Virus record (IMG/VR): IMGVR_UViG_3300028048_000042
Source: a virus
Lineage: Duplodnaviria; Caudoviricetes
Direction: 5' to 3' (one strand)
Length of the DNA stretch: 64,000 nt
Shown: in pieces, positions 40,911 to 51,885 of the stretch
Position numbering within the stretch: position 1 is the stretch's first letter
Layout of the letters: each line of letters starts with the position of its first letter
Translations under genes and position numbers: made by a program
The notes under the pieces: model-generated
Told to the model about the DNA's origin: nothing
Database searches by the model: none
What the model saw: only the letters and a program-made list of their open reading frames with translations

Positions 40911-41162
40911 AAAAAAGCAGGGAAACCTGCTTTTTTTTGTAATTATTCTTTGGCAAATTCCTAAACTTTCAGACTATTTAGGAATTTGCCAAGGAAATCT
41001 AAAATTGCTTATTTCCTCCAATAAGTATCGTAAAATGATATTTATTGGAGGAAATAGGCATATTTTTTAAAAAAGTTTCATATCATACTTGACATATATA
41101 CATATATATGGTAATATAATATTGTAAATGAAATTAAGCTATCCAACAGGAGGTAATCAAAA

Positions 41163-41606
41163 ATGGAAATGACAAAAACCAATTTGAAAAAGTTTCGTGC
41201 TGATTTCGCTAAAGCAGTGAAAGTCCTTGAAAAAAGTTATGGTGTAAAGTTGGAATTGGGTTCGATTTCGTATTCTGAAAACAACTTTACCACAAGACTG
41301 ACTGTTACCAATGGCGGTGATAACAGTGAGGTGGAAAAGACAAAATTTGAATGTGCAATTATCAATTTTTCTATGTATGGACTGACAAAAACTGATTATC
41401 GTAAAGAGTTTAAAGGAAAAGATGGAAAAACGTATCGGCTTGTAGGTGTAAAACCTAGAGCACGGAAAAACCCTTTTGTTATTGAGACAGTTGGCGGTAC
41501 ACGTTATACTTGTGCGCCTGAATTTTTGGGATTGGAAATGAATTTCAAAGGTTGGACTGTTACAGAACACAAAGCTGATGGCTCAATGAATACAATTAAT
41601 CTTTAA
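41163..41606 (+). CDS. Hypothetical protein
   Basis: LVGVKPRARKNP motif; promoter, RBS, terminator. Confidence 0.78.
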   Translation: MEMTKTNLKKFRADFAKAVKVLEKSYGVKLELGSISYSENNFTTRLTVTNGGDNSEVEKTKFECAIINFSMYGLTKTDYRKEFKGKDGKTYRLVGVKPRARKNPFVIETVGGTRYTCAPEFLGLEMNFKGWTVTEHKADGSMNTINL

Positions 41607-41743
41607 TGACAGTAAAAGCAAGGTAAAATTTTGCCTTGCTTTTTTTGATATGATAAATTTAAAAAAACTGTTGACATACATATACAAATATGGTAATATA
41701 ATATTGTAAATGAAATTAAACTATCCAATAGGAGGTAATTAAA

Positions 41744-42151
41744 ATGAGTAGAGAAGCAAATGTAGAATTTAACGTTGAAGATACGGAAGCGGTTGTTGAA
41801 TGGTTTACTACTTTTTGTTGCATTGCCGAGGTGCACAACGATAATTTATGGATTTACGTTGATTGGGGAGAAACGGTCAAAGACACTTTGGAAAAATTTA
41901 TCAAAGATAATCCTACTATTGCAATAGATGTATTTGTAGACCAAGATGAAGCAGGTTATAGTGAGGATTGTCAAACAGATTATTACGTTCGCAATGGTAA
42001 AATCATTACTGTTGACGATAACAATACTACAATTTCCTTAGATAAATTGTCTAAAATGACAAGCAGTGAAATTAGAGATTGTATCGCAAATTATAAAGCC
42101 TTAATGGAGTCAATTAAGCCATTAGAAGAATGTGTTAAGGGGGATAAATAA
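41744..42151 (+). CDS. Acidic hypothetical protein
   Basis: Promoter and AGGAGG RBS. Confidence 0.75.
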   Translation: MSREANVEFNVEDTEAVVEWFTTFCCIAEVHNDNLWIYVDWGETVKDTLEKFIKDNPTIAIDVFVDQDEAGYSEDCQTDYYVRNGKIITVDDNNTTISLDKLSKMTSSEIRDCIANYKALMESIKPLEECVKGDK

Positions 42152-42153
42152 TT

Positions 42154-42492
42154 ATGGATAGCAAAAAACATAAAATCAACATTACGAATTTACTTCTTCG
42201 CTTGAAAAAGGAACAAAAGAAAAACAATTTGGAGTATATTGACTTGTACGATTGTATTTTTGAACATGATGTTGAACACATGGTAGAAGTTTTGCGAGAA
42301 ATGGGAGAAAAGAAATTCTTGATTTCAGTCAAGCAAACAAATGTGGTTGACATTATTGCGATGTTTGAAAAACAGGGATTTAAACTGATTGGTGTTGTCG
42401 AAGTCACTGATTGCTATGGTCATTATGAATATGATGAAAATGGCAATTCAAAATTATCCACTAAAAACGCTTTTTTGATGGAAGTTCGATAA
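42154..42492 (+). CDS. Hypothetical protein (DUF7698-like)
   Basis: VEVLREMG...FEKQGFKLIGVVEV pattern, recognised from memory only. Confidence 0.55.
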   Translation: MDSKKHKINITNLLLRLKKEQKKNNLEYIDLYDCIFEHDVEHMVEVLREMGEKKFLISVKQTNVVDIIAMFEKQGFKLIGVVEVTDCYGHYEYDENGNSKLSTKNAFLMEVR

Positions 42493-42696
42493 TGAAAAGA
42501 CAGGGAAATTTCCCTGTCTTTTTGTTTACTATCATATTTATTAAATTCCTAAACAATCTGAAAATTTGGGAATTTAATAAATTGCGAGATTGGTAGGAAT
42601 ATATTTTTCAAAAAAAAAGTATTGACATGCATGGTTATTTATGATACAATGATATTGTAAATAAGAAATGGTTACTTTGAAAGGAAAGTGATTATA

Positions 42697-43200
42697 ATGG
42701 AAATTATGGAAATTTTGAATGCTGATATTTACGCTATTGGTGATGTAGAAAAACTTAACTCTATGCTTGATGTTTTACAACAGGCAGAAACCGACAAGTA
42801 CAATAGCTTTGAGGATTTTGTAGAAAATCTTGACACAAAAGATAAAGCAAGGTTGTATCAGTCTTATGCGGAAGCAACAAATAATGAAACGTTTTACACC
42901 ATGGATATGATTGATGAAGTGATGTGCGATTTGCCTTTTTCTGAAGCAATTCGCAAGATTGATAAACAGAAGTTTGATATTGACCATGAAATCTTTTGGT
43001 ATGACCGTTTTGGTGATATTGTAAGTGGTTCTATTGATGAATTTGTAGAGGAAAATTTCTATACGACTGATATTGTGCAGTGGTTAGAGCGTTGTGACTA
43101 TGAAGATGGTTGCGGTGTGATTAGTGACTTTGTTGACGAATTGACCGCTATTACAGAGAAAATTGATGAAGTGCAGGAGCAGTTAGAAGAAATTGGATAA
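42697..43200 (+). CDS. Highly acidic protein (paralog of 22269), DNA-mimic/antirestriction candidate
   Basis: Very D/E-rich; YTMDMIDE...FWYDRFGDIVS. Confidence 0.68.
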   Translation: MEIMEILNADIYAIGDVEKLNSMLDVLQQAETDKYNSFEDFVENLDTKDKARLYQSYAEATNNETFYTMDMIDEVMCDLPFSEAIRKIDKQKFDIDHEIFWYDRFGDIVSGSIDEFVEENFYTTDIVQWLERCDYEDGCGVISDFVDELTAITEKIDEVQEQLEEIG

Positions 43201-43384
43201 AATATGGCAGGGAGTAAAATCCCTGCCTTTTTGTTTTACTTGCTTTCGATAAATTCATATATTGTCTTATATACGTGGTAGGTAAAAACATATTTAAAAA
43301 AAAGTATTGATATATATGGTTATTTATGGTACAATGATATTGTAAATGAGAGATGGTTACTATGAAATGAAAGGTGTGGTAATT

Positions 43385-43567
43385 ATGTTATGCGCTAGAT
43401 GTGGGCGAGAAAAAGGCATAAAAGAATTTGAAGATGAACTACTTTGCTCTCATTGCTTTGATATTAGAATTAAAGCACATAGAATCCTAGAATTTGCCTG
43501 TGGTGATAAATTCAGTTATAAAGATAGACTAGCAATAGAAAGATTAATAGAAAAATATGAAAAATAA
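43385..43567 (+). CDS. Small Zn-finger protein
   Basis: CARCG...CSHC. Confidence 0.65.
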   Translation: MLCARCGREKGIKEFEDELLCSHCFDIRIKAHRILEFACGDKFSYKDRLAIERLIEKYEK

Positions 43568-43813
43568 GAGGAAACCTTTTCCTCTTATTTTATCGAGGAT
43601 TGTATTGACAATGCTATACAAGTATATTGTTTGTTTACAATAAAGTAAATTCCTAAATTTTCAAACTATTTAGGAATTTATTGAAAGAGGTTTATCACGA
43701 ATTGTTGACAAACCTTTTTTAACAAAATGTAAAAATTTTTCTTGACATACATACATGTATATGATAATATAATAGTGCAAATGAAATTTAGTTATCTAAT
43801 AGGAGGTAGTGAA

Positions 43814-44368
43814 ATGTATGAAAGTAAAATAATTTTGATGGATAAACTCACGGATAAGCAAATCGAATTTAAGGTAAATGCTCATGGTGATATTGAGATT
43901 TTGCCAATCAAAAATGAAAATTCTTCCGTTACATTATGTCAAATTACATTTACTCCTATGCTTGTTAAAATCAAAGGGAAGCGAAAAGAATGGCAAATTG
44001 AAGCGGATGGCGAACGTCTTGAAAAAGTGTTCGACGAATTTGTTTCTTTCATATTCTATAATGAATATACAAAAGATATGTCAGCAATTGTGGATGTTTG
44101 GATAGAAAAATGTACGGAAAAGCATACATGCCCTATTTGTGGTAAAAAAATTCCTGTATTGTCAACAGAATGGTATGATGTAGTAAATATCAATGATGGA
44201 AATGATGTTTACGATAGTGTTTGTGAAGATTGTGTTGAAGCTAATAGTGCCTTTGATATTTACAAAAAAACAGGCGGTATTTTGTTTGATGATTTCGATA
44301 CAGAGATTGGGTATGATATTCGTACTTTTGTAAAACTCAAACAAAAATTAGAAGCAACTAAAAAATAA
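43814..44368 (+). CDS. Hypothetical protein with Zn ribbon (paralog of 45955)
   Basis: HTCPICG...CEDC...DIYKKTGGI shared. Confidence 0.75.
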   Translation: MYESKIILMDKLTDKQIEFKVNAHGDIEILPIKNENSSVTLCQITFTPMLVKIKGKRKEWQIEADGERLEKVFDEFVSFIFYNEYTKDMSAIVDVWIEKCTEKHTCPICGKKIPVLSTEWYDVVNINDGNDVYDSVCEDCVEANSAFDIYKKTGGILFDDFDTEIGYDIRTFVKLKQKLEATKK

Positions 44369-44446
44369 GTATTGACATATTGTTGTTTTTTTGATATAAT
44401 AAGTATATCAAATAGAAAAACATGTATTCAGTAGGAGGTAAAAAAA

Positions 44447-44797
44447 ATGAATAAGACTGATAAGGTGTATGATATTGAATGGGACGTTGACTTTGATGGA
44501 GTTATCAATACCATTATGGAATGGACTCCACAGAGCGTGGCAGAAGTGCTGAATAACATTTCTGAAAAAGAATGGATGGCAATGAACGACAAAGAAAAAA
44601 GCGATTTTGTTTTTGATAGTGTATACTATAATGGGGAAACCAATCATGAATTAGTTGCAAACATTATGGATTTGCCGAGAGAAGTTGAACTCCCCTTTAC
44701 GGTAAACAAGACGAATCCAAATTGGGTTGATGATGTTGCAGACTATTTGAGCGATGAATATGAGTTCACCGTAGGTGGTTTCAAATTGAAAGATTGA
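44447..44797 (+). CDS. Acidic hypothetical protein
   Basis: DIEWD...LPREV...DYLSDEY. Confidence 0.75.
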   Translation: MNKTDKVYDIEWDVDFDGVINTIMEWTPQSVAEVLNNISEKEWMAMNDKEKSDFVFDSVYYNGETNHELVANIMDLPREVELPFTVNKTNPNWVDDVADYLSDEYEFTVGGFKLKD

Positions 44798-44817
44798 CTA
44801 AGAGAGGATTGATATAT

Positions 44818-45114
44818 ATGTTCGCCATTATGAATACTATTCGTGATAATCAGCAATTTTCAAAAACAGTTGCTATCTTTGAGACTGAGGAACAGGCAAA
44901 TAAGAAATTTGAAGAACTTGTAAGCAATACTTATGACGATTTTGGATTCCCTTCTGAGGAACTTGACTTTTCGCAAACTGTAAACGAAAAAGACGGAGGT
45001 TGCTTCGTATTTGTAGCTACTGAAAAATCTTATCGTAATGCTATCCTTGAAAAGGGTTCGGACTTTGGTCAGTATATCACCAAAACAGAATATCAGATGG
45101 GTAAATTTATCTAA
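44818..45114 (+). CDS. Hypothetical protein
   Basis: AGAGGA RBS, terminator. Confidence 0.7.
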   Translation: MFAIMNTIRDNQQFSKTVAIFETEEQANKKFEELVSNTYDDFGFPSEELDFSQTVNEKDGGCFVFVATEKSYRNAILEKGSDFGQYITKTEYQMGKFI

Positions 45115-45316
45115 AGCAAAACAGGGAGAAATCCCTGTTTTTTTTGCTTGTAATGTTTTAACAAATTCCTAAATTTTCAAACTATTTAGGAATTTGTTAA
45201 ATATGGTGGTAAAAACTTTTATAAAAAATCAAAAATAAGTATTGACATACAAGTAGATATTTGATATAATGAATTACAGATAAGGAAGAACGTATCAATA
45301 AAAGGAGAGATATTTT

Positions 45317-45706
45317 ATGACTAACTATCCAAAACTTAAAGATATGACTAAAAAAGATTGGCTAACTCTTATCAATGATGGCGTTGCCAAAGGTCTTGTT
45401 AAAGTTGTTGATTCTGATAATTTAGATAAGGAATACGGAACGCAAGGTATTGTTTGTAATATTGGTGATAATGCGTTTTATTGTTTTGAAAAAGCTGACG
45501 AATATGACAATGCAAATGGTAATGGTTTAGAACAGTTTATGAAGGATTTTTCGCAAGAAGAAATCAATGAACAAATTGTAGACCAACTTCTCGCTATGCA
45601 AGAAGAATATGTAGCCAACTTCGAAAACAATGGAGATAAAGAAATTTATGGTGAATTTGAACCAGAATACTCTTATTATTACTATCATCTTATAGACAAT
45701 ATGTAA
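45317..45706 (+). CDS. Acidic hypothetical protein
   Basis: Promoter and AAGGAG RBS. Confidence 0.75.
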   Translation: MTNYPKLKDMTKKDWLTLINDGVAKGLVKVVDSDNLDKEYGTQGIVCNIGDNAFYCFEKADEYDNANGNGLEQFMKDFSQEEINEQIVDQLLAMQEEYVANFENNGDKEIYGEFEPEYSYYYYHLIDNM

Positions 45707-45954
45707 ATTTCAAAATAACAAAAAATAACAAAATGATGGGAAGCAGGGAGAAATCTCTGTTTTCTTTTTGTTCTACATCTAACAAATTCCTAAATAATTT
45801 GAAAATTTAGGAATTTGTTAAAAGGGAAGTTATTACCAAACTTGGTAAAGAATTTTCTTTTGTTAATGTAAAAGTTTTTCTTGACATACACACAAAATTA
45901 TGATATTATAATAGTGTAAAAGTGGTTCTGAATAAAAATTTGGAGGGAATAATA

Positions 45955-46338
45955 ATGTATAAAAATCATTTAAAACTTGCAGAAATATTGATGATTAATT
46001 CTATTCCGTTTAAGGTTTCTGAAAAATGTCAGTTTGAAATTGAAATGAATGATGGTAAATTTGAGATTCTAATTAATTCTGTTGTTGTCACAATGATAGA
46101 CAAGAATAAAGATAGAACGTGGTATTTTGAAACGGATAGCGACAAAATTGAGGAAATGTATAAGGCATTTATTCTATATATGTTGCATTATCATTCAAAT
46201 ATGGCTATCAAAATGATGAATGATTACATTGATAATAATTGTAAAAAACATCGTTGTCCTATTTGCGAAGATTGTCTTGATGAACCTTCTGTTGTAGATA
46301 TTTATAAAAAAACAGGCGGTATTTATGGGTTGTTTTAG
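45955..46338 (+). CDS. Hypothetical protein (paralog of 43814, internally shortened)
   Basis: HRCPICEDC...DIYKKTGGI. Confidence 0.7.
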   Translation: MYKNHLKLAEILMINSIPFKVSEKCQFEIEMNDGKFEILINSVVVTMIDKNKDRTWYFETDSDKIEEMYKAFILYMLHYHSNMAIKMMNDYIDNNCKKHRCPICEDCLDEPSVVDIYKKTGGIYGLF

Positions 46339-46432
46339 TAAGAAAAATTAATTTTAAGTATTGACATACAAATGAAAGTGTGTTAATATAGAAGCATGAA
46401 CAAAGTGTTTATCTAATAGGAGGTAATGAATT

Positions 46433-47044
46433 ATGGGTCAGTATTATTATCCTGTCGTAGGGAATGCAGAAGGTAAGGACATTACGGTATTTGACCGTAG
46501 TGTGAATGGTGAGTACACTATGGCAAAACTTATGGAGCATTCGTGGTGGAAAAATGACTGTATGATGAATATGGTTAAATTGCTTGTTCACAATCCTGTA
46601 CGTTTGGCTTGGGTTGGTGACTATGCAGAGCAGGACGATTTCGCAGAACCATTTGCAAGTGAACGAAATATCCCTAGTGATGTAGAACTTCCTAACGTTG
46701 AATATGTTTGGGAAGATGATACAGAAAAATACGGTTTTATCGGTAAAGGTGTTTCTTTGTATGGCAAATTCCTTGTAAACCATGATAAGAAAATGTACTT
46801 CAATTGTACGAAATGGTATAATTTGGCAAAGAAACAAAGTGGTAATTGGTGGGTTGTTCACCCTCTTTCCTTGCTTACCGCAGTAGGCAATGACCGTGGA
46901 GGTGGAGATTATCACGAAGGACACCTTAACTTTGATATGGTTGGCATTTGGGCTTGGAATTTGTTGAGCGTTGAAACCAAAGATACAATTCCTGCCGATT
47001 ATGAAGAAATTACAGAATTGCAGGATATAATCTTTGCAGAATAA
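46433..47044 (+). CDS. Conserved-looking phage protein (MGQYY family)
   Basis: MGQYY, KLMEHSW, WVGDYA, HPLSLLTA.GN.RGGGDY motifs. Confidence 0.78.
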   Translation: MGQYYYPVVGNAEGKDITVFDRSVNGEYTMAKLMEHSWWKNDCMMNMVKLLVHNPVRLAWVGDYAEQDDFAEPFASERNIPSDVELPNVEYVWEDDTEKYGFIGKGVSLYGKFLVNHDKKMYFNCTKWYNLAKKQSGNWWVVHPLSLLTAVGNDRGGGDYHEGHLNFDMVGIWAWNLLSVETKDTIPADYEEITELQDIIFAE

Positions 47045-47165
47045 AAAAAGCAAATCCCCATCAAAAGATGGGGATTTTTTAGGTTTTAAGAAAAAAATAT
47101 CTTGACATATAAACATATTTTTGTTATACTGTTTATAGAAAATGAATTACATAATAGGAGGTAAA

Positions 47166-47393
47166 ATGATGATTAATGATGTAATGTGGCGGTTTTGTGA
47201 AACATTAGGGGAACAGTTTGCAATAGTTGAACTAAATCCTAATCGAAAAGAATCGGAATATTTTAATCGACTTGTGGCTGATTATAACAATTACAAAAGA
47301 ACTGCCACAAAAGAAGATATTGAGCAATGCGAAGTTGTGATTGAACGTTCTCGCTGTAAGTTTCTTAATGAATGTCTTAGCGTTGGGGAATGA
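47166..47393 (+). CDS. Hypothetical protein
   Basis: AGGAGG RBS. Confidence 0.68.
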   Translation: MMINDVMWRFCETLGEQFAIVELNPNRKESEYFNRLVADYNNYKRTATKEDIEQCEVVIERSRCKFLNECLSVGE

Positions 47394-47688
47394 ATCAAAA
47401 AAGGTTATATTTTGAAATGAAGAAAACAGGGATTTCTCCCTGTTTTTCTGTTTCTGCATTTATTAAATTCCTAAATTTTCAAACTATTTAGGAATTTATC
47501 GAAAAAGAGGTCTGTCACGAATAATTGATAAGGTTCTTTTTTGTAAAATGCAAAACTTTTTATTTTATGAAGTTTTTTTATAAAATACAAAAAAAACGTA
47601 TTGACATATACTGCAAAATAGTGTAATATATTAAGTGTCGAAGGGATAATCCCTTAGTTAATCAGTTATCCAATAGGAGGTAATAATT

Positions 47689-48117
47689 ATGAAAAAGTAT
47701 AACAACGAAGCATTGAATGTTGCAAAACTCACAAAGTTTGAGGTGGCTTTCCTTACTGCTATGGCAGAAGAAGCACAAAGAGTGTATAACGATACCAAAA
47801 ATGACAGAATGGAACTTAGTGATGTAGCCAAGAATTTGATTGATGTAATTAAATTCGATATGTTCTGCATTGATGAAGATGTTGCCAATTATTATATTGG
47901 CATTGCAAAACAGATTGAAAAAATCTTTGCAAATCAAATCAACACCATGACCGAAAGCGTTGTCGCAGAGGATATTATTTGTGATATGTTTTGGGACACG
48001 GATTACACAAATTATAATATGGGTTGGACAAAAGAACAGGAGGAATTTGTAAAGAGCAAACCACTTACAATTCCTATCATTGATTTCGTTAACGGAAGCG
48101 TTCGTATTTACGGTTAA
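47689..48117 (+). CDS. Hypothetical protein (distant family B)
   Basis: FEVAFLTAMAE; PLTIPIID C-terminus. Confidence 0.72.
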   Translation: MKKYNNEALNVAKLTKFEVAFLTAMAEEAQRVYNDTKNDRMELSDVAKNLIDVIKFDMFCIDEDVANYYIGIAKQIEKIFANQINTMTESVVAEDIICDMFWDTDYTNYNMGWTKEQEEFVKSKPLTIPIIDFVNGSVRIYG

Positions 48118-48207
48118 TGGCATTTCAACGCCACTTGTAAAAAAGTAGCAAGTGGCGTTACTCTAAATGTTAATTTGTAATATGATATATTTAAGGAGTG
48201 AAGAATT

Positions 48208-48339
48208 ATGTTGAAAAATATTATTGCGTGGACAGGTGTATTTTTTGCTACTGTTTTAGGTGTACTGATTGGGGTATTTTTAAAGGCGTTGCCTTGGATT
48301 GCAGTAATTGGATTTTGTTATTGGTTGTTCTTTATGTGA
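48208..48339 (+). CDS. Small membrane protein (43 aa)
   Basis: AAGGAG RBS; MLKNIIAWTGVFFATVLGVLIGVFLKALPW...; different frame from the track ORF at 48198. Confidence 0.65.
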   Translation: MLKNIIAWTGVFFATVLGVLIGVFLKALPWIAVIGFCYWLFFM

Positions 48340-48535
48340 AAAAAAGGAAGGTTTATCCTTCCTTTTTTTTATGCTATTTTTTATATTTAAATTCCTAAAT
48401 AGTTTGAAAATTTTAGGAATTTAAAATGAAGTTTTTGCAAAATAACTTTAAAAATAGTATTGACAAACACACTAAAATATAGTACAATATTTATAAATCA
48501 AGAAAACATAGTTACTTATAAGGAGGTAACAAAAA

Positions 48536-49354
48536 ATGATTAGTTATGAATTGTTCAAAAAAATCCACAAGCAAATTACAATCGGTCATAGAGCATTACA
48601 AAAAGCACTTGTGACAAAGCGTTACAAAATAAACACCAATGAACTTGGTATGCGAGAAAACATCACGGAAGTGCTTGATATAGAAAACGAAAACTATAAA
48701 GACAATGATACCACCATTTATGTCTTTATGGATAAACATGGATGGCTTGAAGTTTTTCTTGGCAATAAACCTTTGTCAACTATCATCAGTGCAAAACGTG
48801 GAAAGAACGTTCGCAAATACATTGTGGAAAATAATATTTGTCGTGTTTTTAAAACAATAAAAGGCGTTCGTTTTTTTGTAGAACCTAGACGAGATTCTAG
48901 CGATAGTGAGTACATTCGATATTCTCATATTCATCACAATGGTTATAACCATGACTTGCGTAACGCAGATACCGAAAAAAAACGAAATGAAATTTATTTA
49001 AAGATTAGTAAAGATAAGCGTGAGCGTAGAGAATATGAGCGATATACAAAATATCGCGATATACGATATGGATTATATAATCGACTGGAAAAATACAAAC
49101 AAAGCAAGGTTGAAAATGTATCGGACGAAAATATTAGATTAAAAATGAGTGCTTTTTTCAGTCTGTATGCGAATTGCGTTGCACAGAACGATTATACAAC
49201 TATTCGTGACAATTTTGGCAAATATATGTCAAATTTTGATAACGAATTTGATTGGTGTAGAAAAACTGTTGAACGTTTTAATGAATACACTAAATATCCA
49301 AACGATTTGCAAAATAAGGTAAAACTTATTGAAATGTTACAGATTGAGCATTGA
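48536..49354 (+). CDS. Basic hypothetical protein (paralog of 31701)
   Basis: Shared motifs; promoter, RBS, terminator. Confidence 0.78.
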   Translation: MISYELFKKIHKQITIGHRALQKALVTKRYKINTNELGMRENITEVLDIENENYKDNDTTIYVFMDKHGWLEVFLGNKPLSTIISAKRGKNVRKYIVENNICRVFKTIKGVRFFVEPRRDSSDSEYIRYSHIHHNGYNHDLRNADTEKKRNEIYLKISKDKRERREYERYTKYRDIRYGLYNRLEKYKQSKVENVSDENIRLKMSAFFSLYANCVAQNDYTTIRDNFGKYMSNFDNEFDWCRKTVERFNEYTKYPNDLQNKVKLIEMLQIEH

Positions 49355-49567
49355 TATTTTCCCCCACTTCTTAAAGTGGGGGATTTTCTATTTCTTTTTT
49401 TTGTATCTTACACAGACTCCATAATAATCAGACAATTTAGGAATTTGTCAAATCACAAAAAGAAAAATCATAACATGCGTGAAAAAAGTGCTTGCAATAT
49501 TTTGTGACTTATGGTATAGTATATATAGTGAATGAAATAAGTAGGTTCTTAGAAGGAGGAACTAATC

Positions 49568-49981
49568 ATGAAGAATTTTTATTTGAGCGAAAAGGATTAT
49601 ACAGATATGGTAAATAGCTCTTACGTGAAAGAGTATCTTAATCCACAGTTTGATTTCTACAATTCCGCTGAACATATCAAGGAAAAATTGGAAAATGGCG
49701 AATTTGTCGTAAGAGATGGCGTTGTATATCACGTATATCACAATCCTACTGAATACAAAGTATCTCAATACGATATAGCACAGTTTGCACGTTTCCTTGG
49801 CTATCCTGTTGATTTACCAAAGCATAAGCAGGTGCGTGATAAAGACGTTCGAGATATGATTGCTAAAATGAGGGAACATGATGAACACATTTCAGCCGAA
49901 GAACGTTTCGAAATGGAATGTGCGTTTGGTAAAGGTACAACTGTTGTAAATATCATTACAGGCAAAACGATTCAGTTATAA
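49568..49981 (+). CDS. Hypothetical protein
   Basis: EM..AFG.GTTVVNIITG C-terminal motif. Confidence 0.78.
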   Translation: MKNFYLSEKDYTDMVNSSYVKEYLNPQFDFYNSAEHIKEKLENGEFVVRDGVVYHVYHNPTEYKVSQYDIAQFARFLGYPVDLPKHKQVRDKDVRDMIAKMREHDEHISAEERFEMECAFGKGTTVVNIITGKTIQL

Positions 49982-50022
49982 TGTGAGGGAGGATTTACCT
50001 CCCCACTTAGGGGGAATATAAT

Positions 50023-50304
50023 ATGTTGTATGAAGAAATGAATAAAGTAAACGAACTTATTGAACAGGCTCGTGAATTAGATAATTTTATTTCTAGTCTT
50101 GATGATGCCATGAAAGCAGAAAAAAGGGTAATTGTTCACTTTGAAGGTAAACAGTATAATCAATGTATCAATTATCCTATAAAAGAACTTAACTTAGAGT
50201 GTGTACAGTTTATTCGGTCTGTATATTATAAAAAATTGGAAGAACTTGATAAAAAAATCAAAAAAGAAATGAAATCTATTGCAGAAAACATGGATGGTTA
50301 TTGA
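50023..50304 (+). CDS. Hypothetical protein
   Basis: AGGGGG RBS, terminator. Confidence 0.68.
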   Translation: MLYEEMNKVNELIEQARELDNFISSLDDAMKAEKRVIVHFEGKQYNQCINYPIKELNLECVQFIRSVYYKKLEELDKKIKKEMKSIAENMDGY

Positions 50305-50523
50305 AAACAGGGGGGAGAAATCCCCCATTTTTGTTTCTGAAGTCATTAACAAATTCCTAAATAGTCTGAAAGTTTAGGAATTTGTTGTATATATTCTTGC
50401 GATAAAAAATAACAAAAAAAATAAAAAATGTATTGACATATACTTAAAAATAGTGTAATATATAAATTGTCAAAGGGAGTTACCCAATAAGAGATAACTG
50501 TAACCGACAAGGAGGAAAAACCG

Positions 50524-50712
50524 ATGAAAACTGTAAATGATGTAATTATGAGTAAAGATTCCGAAAGAAAAATTGAACTTTTGAAAATTCGTGCTAATGC
50601 TAGAGCAGAACGCAATGCAAAAGTACGTGAGTATGCAAAAATGCTTGTTGGTGGTGCTATTGGTGCTATCGGCTTGTATGTCACCGCTATTGGCTTGTAT
50701 GTTATTCATTGA
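50524..50712 (+). CDS. Small protein with C-terminal TM helix (paralog of 10988)
   Basis: Shared KDSxRKxELLKIRA. Confidence 0.72.
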   Translation: MKTVNDVIMSKDSERKIELLKIRANARAERNAKVREYAKMLVGGAIGAIGLYVTAIGLYVIH

Positions 50713-50727
50713 TAGGAGGTAATTAAA

Positions 50728-51303
50728 ATGGCACATAATATTGAATATGCTCATTATGAAGAAAATGTAAACAAAATGGAAGTGCAGGCTGAATGGGACG
50801 ATTATGTAAGTCGTGAAGATTGGCAAGAAGGTTGTAGCGGTTTACCTAATAAAATACGTTGGATAAATCATGTTTGCGATTCTAACGAACAGGCAGAAGA
50901 ATATATTCGTAATCATGATAAAGGTTGGTATGACCAATTAGCAGTAAAATATAGAACCACTGTAACGCCCACAACTCAGACCTACAAGAAACTTGTAGCT
51001 AGGAGACAGGAAATCAGCAACACCTTAAACGAACGTGAGCACAAAATTCACTATTCGGCAGAGAATACAAAATCAGAATATGTGGCTTGCAAATGTTGCG
51101 GTTCACGCCTTGCAACAAAATATATCCGTTCTAACACCTGCCCTTTGTGCAAAGCAGACCTTCGCCCTGCTAGTGCATTAAATGCTATTGAAACATCAAA
51201 GAAAATGTTGAGGGGTATTGATAAAAAGATTAAAGAACTTGAAGTTAAGGCAAGTAAAAAAGCAAAAATTGCATGGCTTGTGAAAATTGAATATCACACC
51301 TAA
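50728..51303 (+). CDS. Hypothetical protein with Zn ribbon in a coiled coil
   Basis: CKCCG...CPLC. Confidence 0.78.
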   Translation: MAHNIEYAHYEENVNKMEVQAEWDDYVSREDWQEGCSGLPNKIRWINHVCDSNEQAEEYIRNHDKGWYDQLAVKYRTTVTPTTQTYKKLVARRQEISNTLNEREHKIHYSAENTKSEYVACKCCGSRLATKYIRSNTCPLCKADLRPASALNAIETSKKMLRGIDKKIKELEVKASKKAKIAWLVKIEYHT

Positions 51304-51429
51304 ATAGAAAAGGGGAGAAATCCCCTTTTTTTAATATATTTTAAAAAAAGTATTGACATATATGGTAAACAATAGTATAATGTAATTAAAGATAAGGAAC
51401 TAACGGATAGAAGTTGGAGGTAAAAAATC

Positions 51430-51708
51430 ATGGACACGAAAAAAATTATGCAGGTAGAAAAAAACATCATCAAAATTATGGAAGAAAAGAAAATCTATGG
51501 TGGCGAAGTGTATTGCGACGATTCCCTGCCTGTTGTGTTTGTTGAAATTGAAGGGGATTGGAAACATGAACACCTTTTCTTGGATAATCTTCTAAAAAAA
51601 CATGGGTACGTTCCCATGAACAAAGAAATCCTTTCAAGTGATGGTGGGGATTGGTATACCGCAAAACACGCTTTCATTATTCCTAACGAAAGTTTGGTAC
51701 AAATCTAA
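51430..51708 (+). CDS. Hypothetical protein
   Basis: GDWKHEH motif; promoter, RBS, terminator. Confidence 0.75.
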   Translation: MDTKKIMQVEKNIIKIMEEKKIYGGEVYCDDSLPVVFVEIEGDWKHEHLFLDNLLKKHGYVPMNKEILSSDGGDWYTAKHAFIIPNESLVQI

Positions 51709-51885
51709 AAGGAAGGGGAAATTTCCCCTTCCTTTTTTTTATTAAGAGTTTTTTTGCAGTTTGAAGTAACCCAATTTCTATTAAGATAAATTCCTAAATT
51801 TTCAAACTATTTAGGAATTTATCTTACTTGACAAGTTTACATTTTTGGGGTATAATTAATGTAAATACAAAGGGAGGTTTTTGCT

